A stretch of 64,000 bases of DNA from Dehalococcoidia bacterium (GCA_965226865.1 CBDDEH010000004.1:1704586-1768585); one strand, 5' to 3'. Counted from the stretch's first letter, positions 52,435-62,845 are shown. The notes: generated by a model from the sequence alone, not told the origin. Numbers and translations are program-made.

Positions 52435-54081
52435 CTACACCATTTCTGACTTGGTGTGGATTCCGGATGCGCCATCGGGCCTTGGCGGGCCGTCTTCCTC
52501 GATCTGCGGAGTTCCGTCCGCCTCCACGCAGCGGACGTGGAAGTCATGGCGTCCTTCTCCGAACGGCCAATCGTAGCGCCAGATCACCCATGTAACATCC
52601 GACAGCGGGGTACGTAATTCCGCCTCCCGCCATTCGGGTTCGTCGTCCAAACGCACCTCCACCTTGGAGATGCCACGGGCACCAGCGTAGGCGATTCCAC
52701 CAATGGGGACCAGCTTCCGGTCACCATCTTGGATCACCGAGTCCACCGCCACCGTATCCACCACAGATGTGGCCTTGACTATTGCCTCCTTGGACCAACC
52801 GCGTTCGACCCAGTAGCCCTCCTTGTACTGGCCGATGACCTCGATGCCGGTGATCCACTTGGGCTGTTTCATGCCGTAGCGATCAGGGAGCCAAATCCGC
52901 AGCGGGAACCCATGATCGAACGGTATCGGTCCGCCGTCCCAGTTGTATGCGAGCATGATCCGATCGTCGGAGTCGATCAAATCAAGATCGACCGTCTCGT
53001 AAAACCCGTCACCGCTGGTAATTAGCAAGTAGCGCGCGTCACCTTGGGGTCTAACATCGGCAAGGATGTCCCGTAGGCTGGCGCCGGTCCAGTAGGTGGT
53101 ACCTATTAGTGGTCCACCCACCCGATTGGAGATGCAGCTCAAGGTGACAAACTCATTGCGAGCCTCGTACCTGGTCCGGAAGTCATCCAGCGTCAATTCC
53201 ACCGGGTTATCCACGAGGCCGGTGATCGGCAGGGTCCATGTTGCGCCATCGATCACCGTTGGCTCCGAACGGATGAAGACCTTGTAGTGATCTCTGACGG
53301 CGGTATATTCGGGCCGCGTCCCGAGAGCCGGTTTGAGGGGGTCGTTTTCGTTGGGCAGATCGATAACCGCTGCGGTCTTGGGCATGTTGGCTTTTATCGC
53401 CTCCAATTCGGCTTCCAAGCGGTTGCGCTCGTCTATTTCGAGGACGCGCCCCAAGCCTGTGCCGACAACCGTGACGGTAGCCGTAGCCGCACCCATTTGG
53501 ATGAGGAACTGCCGCCTGCCGACCACTTCGACGGACCGCGTGTCCTCCTGCGCCGACGGACCGATCGTCGTGGAGGAGCACTGAGGTAGGAGTCTGCGGG
53601 CCGTGGCGACCGTGGCGACGCCCCAGACACAGAACACGCCGAGGACCCACAGGAAGATGAATGACACGGGGGTCGAGGATTGGGCCATGCTTGCTGAGAT
53701 GATCGCTATCGGCAGGCCCAAGACGGCACCCAGCAGGAGGCCCAAACCGGGTCCGCTACCGGCAAGCCGGCGTCCAACAACACCATATACGATGACGGTT
53801 GCCACGATTCCGGCGATGGCGAACGTTAGCACCGCCAGGATATTTTCGGCGGTCTTCGCAGTTGCCGCGACGTTGAGGCCCAGCGTTTCCAGGCTATCAA
53901 TCATCAGATCAATGCCGAACGTCACGACCGGCCCAGGCAGAATGCGGGCAATCCAGTCGAAGATGTCATACGGTGCGAATGAGAGGTCGAGCCACTTGTC
54001 TGCCAGGTACATCACTGCAACCATCGGTACAGTGAGCAAGCCACCGACCAGAGCCCCGAGCCCGATGGTCTGAATCTTCAT
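52435..54081 (-). CDS. molybdopterin-dependent oxidoreductase (sulfite-oxidase fold) with N-terminal membrane domain
   Basis: About 170 N-terminal residues form several hydrophobic helices. They are followed by SUOX-type Moco domain motifs (FVTLSCISNRVGGPLIGTTYWTGASLRD ... HGFPLRIWLPDRYGMKQPKWI) and an Ig-like C-terminal domain. Confidence 0.75.
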   Translation of the reverse strand: MKIQTIGLGALVGGLLTVPMVAVMYLADKWLDLSFAPYDIFDWIARILPGPVVTFGIDLMIDSLETLGLNVAATAKTAENILAVLTFAIAGIVATVIVYGVVGRRLAGSGPGLGLLLGAVLGLPIAIISASMAQSSTPVSFIFLWVLGVFCVWGVATVATARRLLPQCSSTTIGPSAQEDTRSVEVVGRRQFLIQMGAATATVTVVGTGLGRVLEIDERNRLEAELEAIKANMPKTAAVIDLPNENDPLKPALGTRPEYTAVRDHYKVFIRSEPTVIDGATWTLPITGLVDNPVELTLDDFRTRYEARNEFVTLSCISNRVGGPLIGTTYWTGASLRDILADVRPQGDARYLLITSGDGFYETVDLDLIDSDDRIMLAYNWDGGPIPFDHGFPLRIWLPDRYGMKQPKWITGIEVIGQYKEGYWVERGWSKEAIVKATSVVDTVAVDSVIQDGDRKLVPIGGIAYAGARGISKVEVRLDDEPEWREAELRTPLSDVTWVIWRYDWPFGEGRHDFHVRCVEADGTPQIEEDGPPRPDGASGIHTKSEMV

Positions 54082-54280
54082 TGGATACCCCTTTCACTAG
54101 GCCTTAACGACCCGGGCAATTTACCAGATGCCTATGAAGCTGGAGTTACCCCAGTTCAGTGGACAGTCAATGGTTCGACTTGCTGATTGCTGAAAGTATA
54201 CTTCCTCTCAAAGGCTATTGGTGGTCCTGTGTTGTTGTCCAGCGAAAATGTCCACCAAATTGGTCTGCGAAAATGGCCGG

Positions 54281-54475
54281 TTAGGCAGATGCTACCGTTT
54301 CAGGCTGTGGTGTCCTTGCGGCGCTTTTCTTCTTCCTCAGTGGCGGGCTTTCAGCCAAGGCGTACTTACGTACGGTGTTTCTGTGGATGCCCAGGTCACG
54401 GGCGGTCGCCCTGAGGGAGAGTCCTCTGGGGTTGGTGAAGGAGTAAGCTGATAGAGACAACTGGCAGGTACGATA
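54281..54475 (-). pseudogene. remnant of an IS transposase N-terminal HTH (IS21 IstA-like)
   Basis: The minus-strand frame reads ...NPRGLSLRATARDLGIHRNTVRKYALAE..., an IstA-type HTH, with nothing further downstream. It abuts the IS1182-family element. Confidence 0.35.
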
Positions 54476-54477
54476 CT

Positions 54478-55854
54478 ATGGCTTATAACCTTCTGCGCTG
54501 GGAGCGAGACCTTCGCTACTTGATGCCGCCGTCCATGAGGGATTGGTTGAGCGAGGGTCACCTGGCCTGGCTCATTGTGGATGCAGTAGGGCAGATGGAT
54601 CTGAGGGAGTTCTATGCAGCCTACCGAAGTGATGGCTGGGGTGCAGCGGCCTACGATCCGGGAATGATGGCGGCCATCCTGTTGTACGCCTACTGTCTGG
54701 GTCTACGGAGTTCCAGGCGCATAGCCCGTGCTCTCGAGGAAGATGTAGGTTTCCGGGTGGTGGCGGCCAACCGGCAGCCAGACTTCCGTGCCATCTGTCG
54801 CTTTAGGGCGGAGCAGGAGGAGGCGCTCGAGGAGCTCTTTGTAGAGGTACTGAGGTTATGCCATGAAGCGGGACTGGTGAAGCTGGGGGTAGTGGCTCTT
54901 GATGGGACGAAGGTGGCAGCCAACGCGGCGCTGGCCACCAACCGGAGCCACCAGGCCATTGAAGAAGAAGTGCAGCGTATGTTGGCAGAGGCCAAGGCAG
55001 CGGATGCTGAAGAGGATGCCCATTACGGTCCCGACCGGCGAGGGGATGATCTACCGGAAGGGCTAGGGGGACGGAGGGAGCGGCGAAAGCGCGTGAAGGA
55101 AGGCAAGGAACGTCTGGAGCGGGAGGCTGAAGCAGCAGCCAAGGCTGTCCAAGAGCACGTGGAGCAACGGCGGGCAGAAGAAGAGGCCACAGGCAAAAAG
55201 AAGCGGGGGCGAAAGCCCAAGGTGGTAGAGCCACTTCCTACCGAAGAGGCGAAGGCTAATACCACCGACCCGGACAGCCGCATCATGAAGACCAGGCAAG
55301 GGTACGTGCAGGGCTACAATGCCCAGGCGGTGGTGAGCGAGGAGCAGATCATAGTAGCCGGTGGAGTGACCCAAGAGGCCAACGATGTGCAGCAACTGGA
55401 GCCGATGCTCCAAACCATGGCGCATACTCTGGAGGCAGCCGGCATAGAGGACCGGCCAAAAGCGGGCCTAGCCGATGCCGGGTACTGGAGTGAGGCCAAC
55501 ATCAGGGCTTGCTCCTGGCCAGAGATGCCTGAGCTTCTTATTGCCACCACCAAGGATTGGAAACAGCGGAAGATGCTACGGGAGAAGGGGTGTCCCCGAG
55601 GACGTATACCAAAGGGACTGAGCCCGAGGGACAGGATGGAGCGCGAGCTTCTGACAAAGGGAGGCCGAGCTCTGTACAAGAAGCGGGGTGTACTGGTGGA
55701 GCCGGTGTTCGGACAGATCAAGGAAGGACAGGGGCTCCGACGGTTTATGAGACGGGGGTTGGGCGCTGCACAGAGTGAGTGGTCGCTGGCAGGGATGACC
55801 CATAACTTGCTCAAGCTATGGCGCAGTGGCCAAGCCCCTTGGGGCTGGGCCTAG
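54478..55854 (+). CDS. IS1182-family (IS5-like DDE) transposase
   Basis: 458 aa ORF with N-terminal DUF772-like region (HLAWLIVDAV ... AAYDPGMMAAILLYAYCLGLRSSRRI ... PDFRAICRFR), ALDGTKVAANA, and C-terminal DAGYWSEAN ... EPVFGQIKE. Element ends are not resolved. Confidence 0.8.
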   Translation: MAYNLLRWERDLRYLMPPSMRDWLSEGHLAWLIVDAVGQMDLREFYAAYRSDGWGAAAYDPGMMAAILLYAYCLGLRSSRRIARALEEDVGFRVVAANRQPDFRAICRFRAEQEEALEELFVEVLRLCHEAGLVKLGVVALDGTKVAANAALATNRSHQAIEEEVQRMLAEAKAADAEEDAHYGPDRRGDDLPEGLGGRRERRKRVKEGKERLEREAEAAAKAVQEHVEQRRAEEEATGKKKRGRKPKVVEPLPTEEAKANTTDPDSRIMKTRQGYVQGYNAQAVVSEEQIIVAGGVTQEANDVQQLEPMLQTMAHTLEAAGIEDRPKAGLADAGYWSEANIRACSWPEMPELLIATTKDWKQRKMLREKGCPRGRIPKGLSPRDRMERELLTKGGRALYKKRGVLVEPVFGQIKEGQGLRRFMRRGLGAAQSEWSLAGMTHNLLKLWRSGQAPWGWA

Positions 55855-56314
55855 GCGCCATGGAACTAAGAGAGGCAGACGACCTTTCTGGGGGCCGACA
55901 AGCGGCCGGTGGAACTGGACGGGCCGACCTCTCTTGAGGCCCATCGCTCCCACACCTGTGTTAGTCAGCTCGCCCACCGGTCTATGAGACAAACTCTATA
56001 GATGTAGGGTTTTTGATAGCGGGAGTGGCCTTGGAGAAGCATTTGCTGGGAAGGGAGAGGGAGAAAGGTGCGGAGCTACGGCAGTAGTCCGAACGTTCCA
56101 ACACTGCCCTGATTCCGATTCCGGCAGCCTCGGTCTGGGCTTGGGGAGTCAGTATAGTTATGCTCGCAGCTGTTGCCGTCTACGATGTGACAAAGGCAAT
56201 TCTCCTTATTCCGGCGGCGTGGATTGGCGGGACTCTCCCGTGTGCAGGCATCGAATTCCACAGGTTGGTTAGCCCTCAATAGGCTAGACGCGTATGTGGG
56301 GCCCCAAGGTGGTA

Positions 56315-56932
56315 TCAGCACTTCTCCTTGGAGAGGGTACTGGAGCCATATCCTATGCCAGCTTCCAGCCCTGATTGAGGGAAAATTCCTTCGGCACATC
56401 CATCACCGCTGAAGCTGACAACGATATGCTCGGGTTCCAAATCTAGTGTCGACAGGGTCCGCAAGAACTCCTCGGTGTCTCCGGGCACGTTAGTGACCCC
56501 AACGACCGGCCCAAGAGTACGGATATTCTGAAGGACATGGGTAAACACGAGTTCCTTGTGATACACGGCCCCAATGGCTTCAGAATAATCGATGGGTTCC
56601 CTGCTGAGCTGTAACTTGCCATCCACGATCGCCTGAGTATGAATTGCGAGATCACCCTCAATCAAGTCTTGCCAGTCCGTATCCATAAACAAGTCGTAGT
56701 GCAATTCGTCCGTCTTGTCATCTATCCATACGGCAGCAAAGAAGTCGGCAACCCCGTCTCCCGGTGTAATCCTGGGCGAAACCCTCAATGGTGGGTCTTC
56801 TAGGAATGTGCCCCGAATCGTTGAGGGACCGGATATCACTGCAAAGCCAAAGGCTAATGCGTCTTCCTCATGGCTGAGAATAATCCGCTTGGATATCGTT
56901 GGGCTGTCTGAGGTTTGCTCCAGTATCGCCAA
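56315..56932 (-). CDS. hypothetical protein
   Basis: 205 aa ORF with ordinary composition. I recognise no motif. Confidence 0.4.
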   Translation of the reverse strand: MAILEQTSDSPTISKRIILSHEEDALAFGFAVISGPSTIRGTFLEDPPLRVSPRITPGDGVADFFAAVWIDDKTDELHYDLFMDTDWQDLIEGDLAIHTQAIVDGKLQLSREPIDYSEAIGAVYHKELVFTHVLQNIRTLGPVVGVTNVPGDTEEFLRTLSTLDLEPEHIVVSFSGDGCAEGIFPQSGLEAGIGYGSSTLSKEKC

Positions 56933-57379
56933 CCCACGGCCGGCCTCTTCGATGTCTGTACGGACCGCGCCTCCTGACTCTCTGTGTGCGTACGGGGGCA
57001 GCTAGTTGTTGTCTCCGGAAGATGTGCACGAAGCTAGCAGCATGACTACTGCCGTTGCGATCATCATCGACCCCGAATTGCTGTGCCACGTGCCACGTGC
57101 CACGAAACATAAGGTAAGCCCCTTCGCCCTCACAAGACCTCGTCATCCTAGAACAACCTCATCTCAGACCTCACAACGCGTGACCCTCATGCAGTGCTAG
57201 AATAGGAGCCTCGGTAACCTCCAAAGAGAGAGGTCGGTGGCGATGGACGGCGAGCAGTCGTGAGCATGTTTTCGCAAGACCCCGGTTGGTGCTACGCAGA
57301 GGTAGCCCGCCATAGGGACCTCGCGAGAGAAGGCCACAGCACCAACTTGAGCTAGTATAGCCGATGCTATTGTACAGTC

Positions 57380-57742
57380 TTGGGTTATGCTACCATGGTC
57401 ATGTTCTGGACACACATCGCCCCGTACGGTAGTACGCGGTGGTACAATGCCGGAGTGCCTCTCTTCTCTTGGAATCACGACAAGAACCAACTTCTACAGG
57501 AACGAAGAGGGGTCAGTTTCGAGGAAGTGATCTTCCATATAGACCAGGGGGACCTGCTGGACATACTGGAGCACCCGAACCAGGAGATGTACGCAGGCCA
57601 GCGCATATTCGTCGTCAGAATCAGAGACTACGCATACCTGGTTCCATTCGTGGAATCTGAATCTGAGGTGTTTCTGAAGACGAATATCCCCAGCCGAAAG
57701 GCCACGAGAACCTATCTGTCCAAGAGTTATGAAGATGAGTGA
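57380..57742 (+). CDS. brnT: BrnT-family toxin
   Basis: FSWNHDKNQLLQERRGVSFEEV ... FLKTNIPSRKATRTYL resembles BrnT ribonuclease toxins. The exact start is uncertain. Confidence 0.7.
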   Translation: MGYATMVMFWTHIAPYGSTRWYNAGVPLFSWNHDKNQLLQERRGVSFEEVIFHIDQGDLLDILEHPNQEMYAGQRIFVVRIRDYAYLVPFVESESEVFLKTNIPSRKATRTYLSKSYEDE

Positions 57743-58016
57743 GATTGATAGGGAAGAAAAGGACATGCTGACGACGTTCGAGCGTGACGAGTGGCGTCCG
57801 ATAGCGGAGCGCGACGCCGAGATTGAACGGTACAGAGCATACGCTCGCGCCACCTTCGAGAAGGATAGCCAGGTCAACATCCACATCTCCGGCAATGATC
57901 TGGAGGCCATCCAAAGGCAGGCGGACGAGAAAGGGATACCCTACCAGGCGCTCATGTCGAGTGTCCTACACAAGTACGTGAGTGGTCGGCTAATCGAAAG
58001 TCCTCCATCTATCTGA
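57729..58016 (+). CDS. brnA: BrnA-type antitoxin (CopG/RHH-like C-terminus)
   Basis: It overlaps the brnT stop. The C-terminus is IPYQALMSSVLHKYVSGRL. Confidence 0.7.
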   Translation: MKMSEIDREEKDMLTTFERDEWRPIAERDAEIERYRAYARATFEKDSQVNIHISGNDLEAIQRQADEKGIPYQALMSSVLHKYVSGRLIESPPSI

Positions 58017-58356
58017 TGATCCTGGTCCCATACTGTGCCGCGAACGTGCCCAACCACAGGAGCGTTCAACGAGCTGTGATAGACCGCGTTGCCCCGGACA
58101 CGACTCCGGGGCTTATCGGGTCCCGTCCTGGTCTGGCCGGGGCGGCAACAAAACAAGGGACACGCATTGGGAGATTGACGCCTTGCCGCTTGCATACGAG
58201 CGATGTGTCCTGAACGACAAAAGGCCACACACATAGACGAGCAGGGGCAGCCATCGTGTCCAAGCAGTGGCTGCCCCTGTAATTGATGAGTCAGCGCCCT
58301 GCGCCTGCCTAGCCAGCAGGCAGGCCGACCAACTCCTCCTCTCTTTCTTCATCTAA

Positions 58357-60062
58357 GCCCGAATCCACCGAAGGACGGCCTTGGGGACAGGCCTTGAAGA
58401 AGCCAGCGGGTGCTCCTCTGAATCTGGGATAATGGTTTTGGAACAGAAACCCGCCCGGAAACAAGGAGCACCCAATAGATGCTGCCACAGAACAAACCCG
58501 ACCGTATCCGCATCCTCTTTGACGACCATCGCCTGGTGGCCAATGCCGGCCTGCTCCTGCCGGCCACCCTAGCCCGGCACCTGGGCCTGCGGGAACTCGT
58601 CGACCATCACCTTGACCTCGGCGGAGCGCCGGGACGGGCGAACACTGGGGACAAGATGCTGACGCTGGTCGCTTCCGCGCTGGCAGGCGGCGACTGCATC
58701 GACGACGCCGATGCGCTGCGCGCTGGTGGGACGGTCGGTGTTCCAGGCTGCGTGGTCAAGGCGCCATCCACCCTGGGGACCTTCCTGCGCAGCTTCCGGT
58801 GGGGGCATGTCCGTCAACTCGACCGCGTGAGCCGCCAGTTGTTGGCCCGGGCCTGGGCCGCTGGGGCCGGACCCGGCGACTCGCCCCTGACCATCGACCT
58901 GGACTCGACCATCTGCGAGACCTACGGACTGGCCAAGGAGGGAGCGCGCCACCACGGCTATACCGGCGCCCGGGGCTATCACCCGCTGCTGGCCATTGCC
59001 GCCGGCACCGGAGACGTGCTGATGTCCCGGCTGCGCGAGGGCCCGTGCCAACACCGCCCGTGGCGCCGCCCACTTCCTGCGTGAGACGGTGGGACGGGTG
59101 CGCTACGGCGGGGCCAGGGGGCAACTCACGGTGCGGGCCGACAGCGGCTTCTACGCCCACACTGTCGTTGCCGCCTGCCGGGAAATGGATGTCCGCTTCT
59201 CCATCACCATCCGCCAGCGCGCCAGCCTGCGGGACCTGATCGAGGCGATACCAGAGGAGGACTGGACTCCCATTCCCCACTGGATGGACGGCGCCGCCGA
59301 TGTCGCCGAGACGACTTACACCCCGTTCCAGACCAAGCCGGACGCCCCGCCGGCGCGGCTCATTGTCCGGCGGGTGAAGCCGACACCCGGTTCCCAGCTG
59401 GCCCTCTTCGCCAGATACAGCTATCACGGCTTCATCACCGACCGGGACGGGGAGTTGCTCGAACTGGAGGCTGACCATCGCCGCCACGCCGAGGTCGAGA
59501 ACGCCATACGCGACCTCAAGTACGGCGTCGGGCTGAACCACATGCCGTCGGGGCGCTTCGCCGCCAACGGCGCCTGGCTGGCGGTCCAGGTGATGGCGCA
59601 CAACCTGGCCCGCTGGACAGCCCGCATCGGCCTGGGTCAGCAGATCGTGACCACCAAGACCCTCAGACGACGGGTCTTCGCTCTGGTGGGACGGATCACC
59701 CGCTCGGCGCGCCGCCTCACTTTGCATCTCCCCCGGCGCTGGCCCTGGGAAACCCAGTTCAGTCGCGCCTTGGCCCGGCTGCAAGCCATTCCGTTCCCGG
59801 CCTGACGGCCAGCCTGCAACTGACCCAACGTCCCCGCAATCTCGCGCCACCCCGGTCGCGAGAGTCCCCTGCTGCGTATCCTCTCGCCATCCCGCGCATC
59901 GCAACTCCCGCATAGGGCCTTAGGGGCCCTGTGCGGCGACTGAAGACCGTCCGCCGGCCTCCCATCTACCCCAAGACCCCAGGCCATCTCCCCTGTAGCT
60001 CCCTCACCCACCCCCTTCCGCTGTCCTCACGCCGTCCATCGGTGTCCTTCGGTGGATTCGGG
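58357..60062 (+). mobile_element. IS1380-family insertion sequence, copy 2 (transposase frameshifted once)
   Basis: It has the same ends as copy 1 and the same extra C (59042-59044) splitting the transposase into 58479-59084 and 59089-59805. The left flank is CTAA and the right flank is TTTA, so the duplication is not matched. Confidence 0.85.
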
Positions 60063-60065
60063 TTT

Positions 60066-60107
60066 AGTGAAGTGATTGTTACACACCAAAACCAAGATAC
60101 AAGGAGG
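60066..60107 (+). repeat. 42 bp leader repeat, copy B (5-prime UTR and RBS of the Cys/His-TM protein gene)
   Basis: Identical to 50725-50766. It begins 4 nt after the IS1380 copy 2 right end. Confidence 0.9.
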
Positions 60108-60108
60108 T

Positions 60109-60672
60109 ATGACAAGCATGGAAGCATTGCGGACACACGACATTGGGGAAGGAGGCGACTTGGAATCGGAACGGACGGACATCGACGACGAGGGAGGCAT
60201 GGACGTGAGGGAGCAGTACGTGGGACCAAGCGCATTGTGGATCGCCAATCGGCTGCCGCATCACGTCAGCTTCGAGCGGGGCTGGTTCTGGACGACGGCG
60301 GTCTGCCATGGCGGGGAGTCGGACCGGCTGGCGTTCAGGCAAAGGCCCGGCGGCAACGGCATTGACGCGCGCTGCCACACCGGGGGCTGCTCTCGCGAGA
60401 TGGCGGCGGACGCCCTGGGGGTGCAGATAGGGTGGCCCCTTCGGAGCGCCTACGAATCTCTGGCCGAGCCGGTTGACAGGCTCTGGTGGCTCAGGGAGTG
60501 GCCTAGGTGGAGGTTCGAGTGGTACGCAGTGGCTGGGCTGGCATTCTCCGCTCCGTTGCTGCTCGGCCATGGCCTGGAGGTGGCGATCCTCACCTGTCTC
60601 GGGTTCCGCGTAGGCTCGTGGCTGACGTCACGAGCCCTGATGCGACGCCGGGCAGGGAGGTTCCGCCGCTGA
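60109..60672 (+). CDS. hypothetical protein with Cys/His cluster and C-terminal transmembrane helices
   Basis: The ATG at 60109 follows AAGGAGG. CHGGESDRLAF ... IDARCHTGGC suggests a zinc-binding module. The C-terminal half has two hydrophobic helices. Confidence 0.5.
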   Translation: MTSMEALRTHDIGEGGDLESERTDIDDEGGMDVREQYVGPSALWIANRLPHHVSFERGWFWTTAVCHGGESDRLAFRQRPGGNGIDARCHTGGCSREMAADALGVQIGWPLRSAYESLAEPVDRLWWLREWPRWRFEWYAVAGLAFSAPLLLGHGLEVAILTCLGFRVGSWLTSRALMRRRAGRFRR

Positions 60673-60705
60673 CGGATTTGAGCCGCACATAGCACGTCCC
60701 AACCA

Positions 60706-60745
60706 GAAGGGTCGGTTCCAACCGGAGCCGGCCCTTCTTCTTTGC
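60706..60745 (+). terminator. rho-independent terminator candidate
   Basis: The 10 bp stem gaagggtcgg/ccggcccttc has one G-U pair and a 12 nt loop, and is followed by ttctttg. Confidence 0.55.
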
Positions 60746-60791
60746 CCGCAACCGGGCGCAACGCAAAGGCAACACAACGCACAGGAGGTAC

Positions 60792-61271
60792 ATGATGACA
60801 ACAGCAACATTGGCAACTGGCAATCGGACGATGGCGACGGTGGGAAAGCCCCGGCGCAGCCTGGAAGAGCTGGTCGACCGGGTGATGGCGGCGCTGTTCT
60901 CGGAGCAGCCGGAGACGGCACTGGCGACGGAGACACCGAGCGTGGCCAAGAGCGTTCACGAGGCGCGGCGGCTCAGGTAGGCCGGGGACGTTGACGCGGC
61001 TCTGGCGGTACTCGCCGGCACGGACACGACGAAGGCTGAGCCGCATCAGGCTCGGTGGGCCTACGCCGAGTGGACGGACCTGGTGAAGCGGCGGTTCGGG
61101 GACCGGGACGCGCTGGTCTACAACCAGGGCACGGGCCGGGCCGCCGCCCTGGTTCCCACCAGAGACGGCGGGACGCTTGAGGTCGATGCGGTCCTTGGGA
61201 TGCGCTGGAAGCCGGGCAAGCTGGTCTCTCGGCGCAGCCTGCGGGGGCTGAGGCCCTTGGTGAAGGTTTGA
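60792..61271 (+). pseudogene. hypothetical 159-codon ORF with an in-frame amber codon
   Basis: ORFs 60792-60980 and 61083-61271 are in the same frame. The only interruption is the TAG at 60978-60980 (...HEARRLR*AGDVDAALAVL...). Confidence 0.55.
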
Positions 61272-61632
61272 CTCGCACTCTCGGCGCAATCCCGAACTGA
61301 AACGCACGTCCTCCCCGGGCCTCTGCGACTCGCAGGGACCTGGGCTGCGCCTGCTTAAACGGGCGGAGCGAGCCGCCCGGTAGCAGCCTCTATCGAGGGT
61401 ATCCGGCCCTCCCCACTCCCTCAGCCCGCACTCCCTGCGGGCCTCCATCCCCCTTTTCCCAACTCCACAGCCATCGCATGGGTCCTCTCCCGACCCCCTT
61501 CAACGGGGAAGACCTGTGCCCGATGCGAGACGAGGCTTGCCCTTGATCTGACTCAGAGGACTTGCCTTGCACACGGCGTCCCCTATGGGTACGCCGCAAC
61601 CGGCCGTGCGACACGGCCACAACGCCACTCAC

Positions 61633-61698
61633 GGAGACAGTCCCGGCCACCGGGACGCGATACCGAGCGGGACTGTCTCCCACAGGGGGGCGGTCCCG
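61633..61698 (+). promoter_or_regulatory. GTCCCG/CGGGAC motif array and nested hairpins upstream of the multi-HTH gene (candidate operator)
   Basis: 13 bp inverted repeat ggagacagtcccg (61633-61645) and cgggactgtctcc (61668-80). Inner hairpin gtcccgg-cca-ccgggac. A fourth gtcccg lies at 61693-61698, 13 nt before the RBS. Confidence 0.4.
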
Positions 61699-61724
61699 CT
61701 TCTTCATTACAAGGAGGAAGCGAC

Positions 61725-62845
61725 ATGACGACGGCAACGACGGCACAGACCAATCGGACCAAGGAGACGGCGGGAGCTGAGAGCGAGCTCAGGGCCGCGG
61801 CCAGGCGGCGGGGGCTCACCATGAAGGAGCTTGCGGCCCTGATGGGCGTGTCCGCGGGATACCTGTCCCAGATTGCGAACGGGGCAGGCCGTGGACTCCG
61901 AAGATGCGGGAGAAGGTCGTGGCGGTGCTGGGAGAGGTTCCCGGCCAGGGGATCGTCTACCGCCAGGGCGGCATGGTGACCGGGGAGAGCAGCTTCATCC
62001 GGGAGCGCGCCCGCACGCTGGGCATGACCATGAAGGACCTGGCCGACCGGACTGGGGTGTCCTACAGCTACATGACGCAGGTTGCCCGCGGCCGCCAGAG
62101 CATGGGCGTGAAGGTGCAGGCGCGGGTGGAGTCGGCTTTGGAGGCTCCGGCGAAGGTCGCGCCCGCACAGTGCGCCAACCGCCAGGGCGGCATGGTGACC
62201 GGGGAGAGCAGCTTCATCCGGGAGCGCGCCCGCACGCTGGGCATGACCATGAAGGACCTGGCCGACCGGACTGGGGTGTCCTACAGCTACATGACGCAGG
62301 TTGCCCGCGGCCGCCAGAGCATGGGCGTGAAGGTGCAGGCGCGGGTGGAGTCGGCTTTGGAGGCTCCGGCGAAGGTTGCCCCTGCCAGGTGCGCCTCCGT
62401 TGATCGCCAAGCCGTGTGGGAGCTGATGGACGCTCATGGGGTCAGCCAGAACGAGGTTGCCCGGCGTGCCGGAATCAGCTCCGCTCATCTCTCCCAGATC
62501 ATGACCGGCAGGAACAATCCGTCGCCGGGGGCCCTGAAGAAGCTGCACGGGGTCCTGTTCCAGCGGTCGAAGGCGGAGGAGCGGGTCATGCCCGCCGAGG
62601 TGAAGGTGCTAGGCTGGCGGAAGGGCGAGCGGAGCGGGATGGTGGTGCGCGGCGCCGGTGGGCCTGGGCGTGGCAGTAAGGACGGCGGCGGCTCCATTCG
62701 GGTCGGCGGCCGGGTGCCATGGGGCGCGAAGGCGGAGTACGCCTACCGTGCGGGGTACGACGGCAGGGGCCGGGTGTCTGTGACGCATGTGGTCGAGCGG
62801 GGCTGCTCCGCCATGTTGACACAGCCGGAGGCGACGGCAGCTTAG
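61725..62845 (+). pseudogene. four-HTH (XRE-type) DNA-binding protein, one frameshift
   Basis: HTH1 is LTMKELAALMGVSAGYLSQIANG. The frame slips at the G4 run 61881-61884. HTH2 and HTH3 are identical (MTMKDLADRTGVSYSYMTQVARG). HTH4 is VSQNEVARRAGISSAHLSQIMTG. Confidence 0.7.
61959..62398 (+). repeat. tandem duplication, 2 x 219 bp (73 codons), inside the multi-HTH gene
   Basis: 61959-62157 is identical to 62178-62376 (199 bp with no mismatch). The last 20 or so bp of each unit differ at a few positions. Confidence 0.95.

Noticed and set aside
57084-57104. Tandem 3 x 7 bp repeat tgccacg
   Set aside because: It is very short, non-coding and has no associated structure or partner. It is probably slippage noise.
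58756-59913. 385-codon minus-strand ORF (and its counterpart 28701-29546) inside the IS1380 copies
   Set aside because: Both are antisense to a clearly recognisable IS1380 transposase. The composition is low-complexity Arg/Gly/Pro, with no motifs.
61583-62548. 321-codon minus-strand ORF antisense to the multi-HTH gene
   Set aside because: Its Arg/Ala/Gly/Pro-rich translation is typical of antisense frames in GC-rich DNA. The plus strand encodes recognisable HTH modules, and the ORF merely mirrors the tandem duplication.
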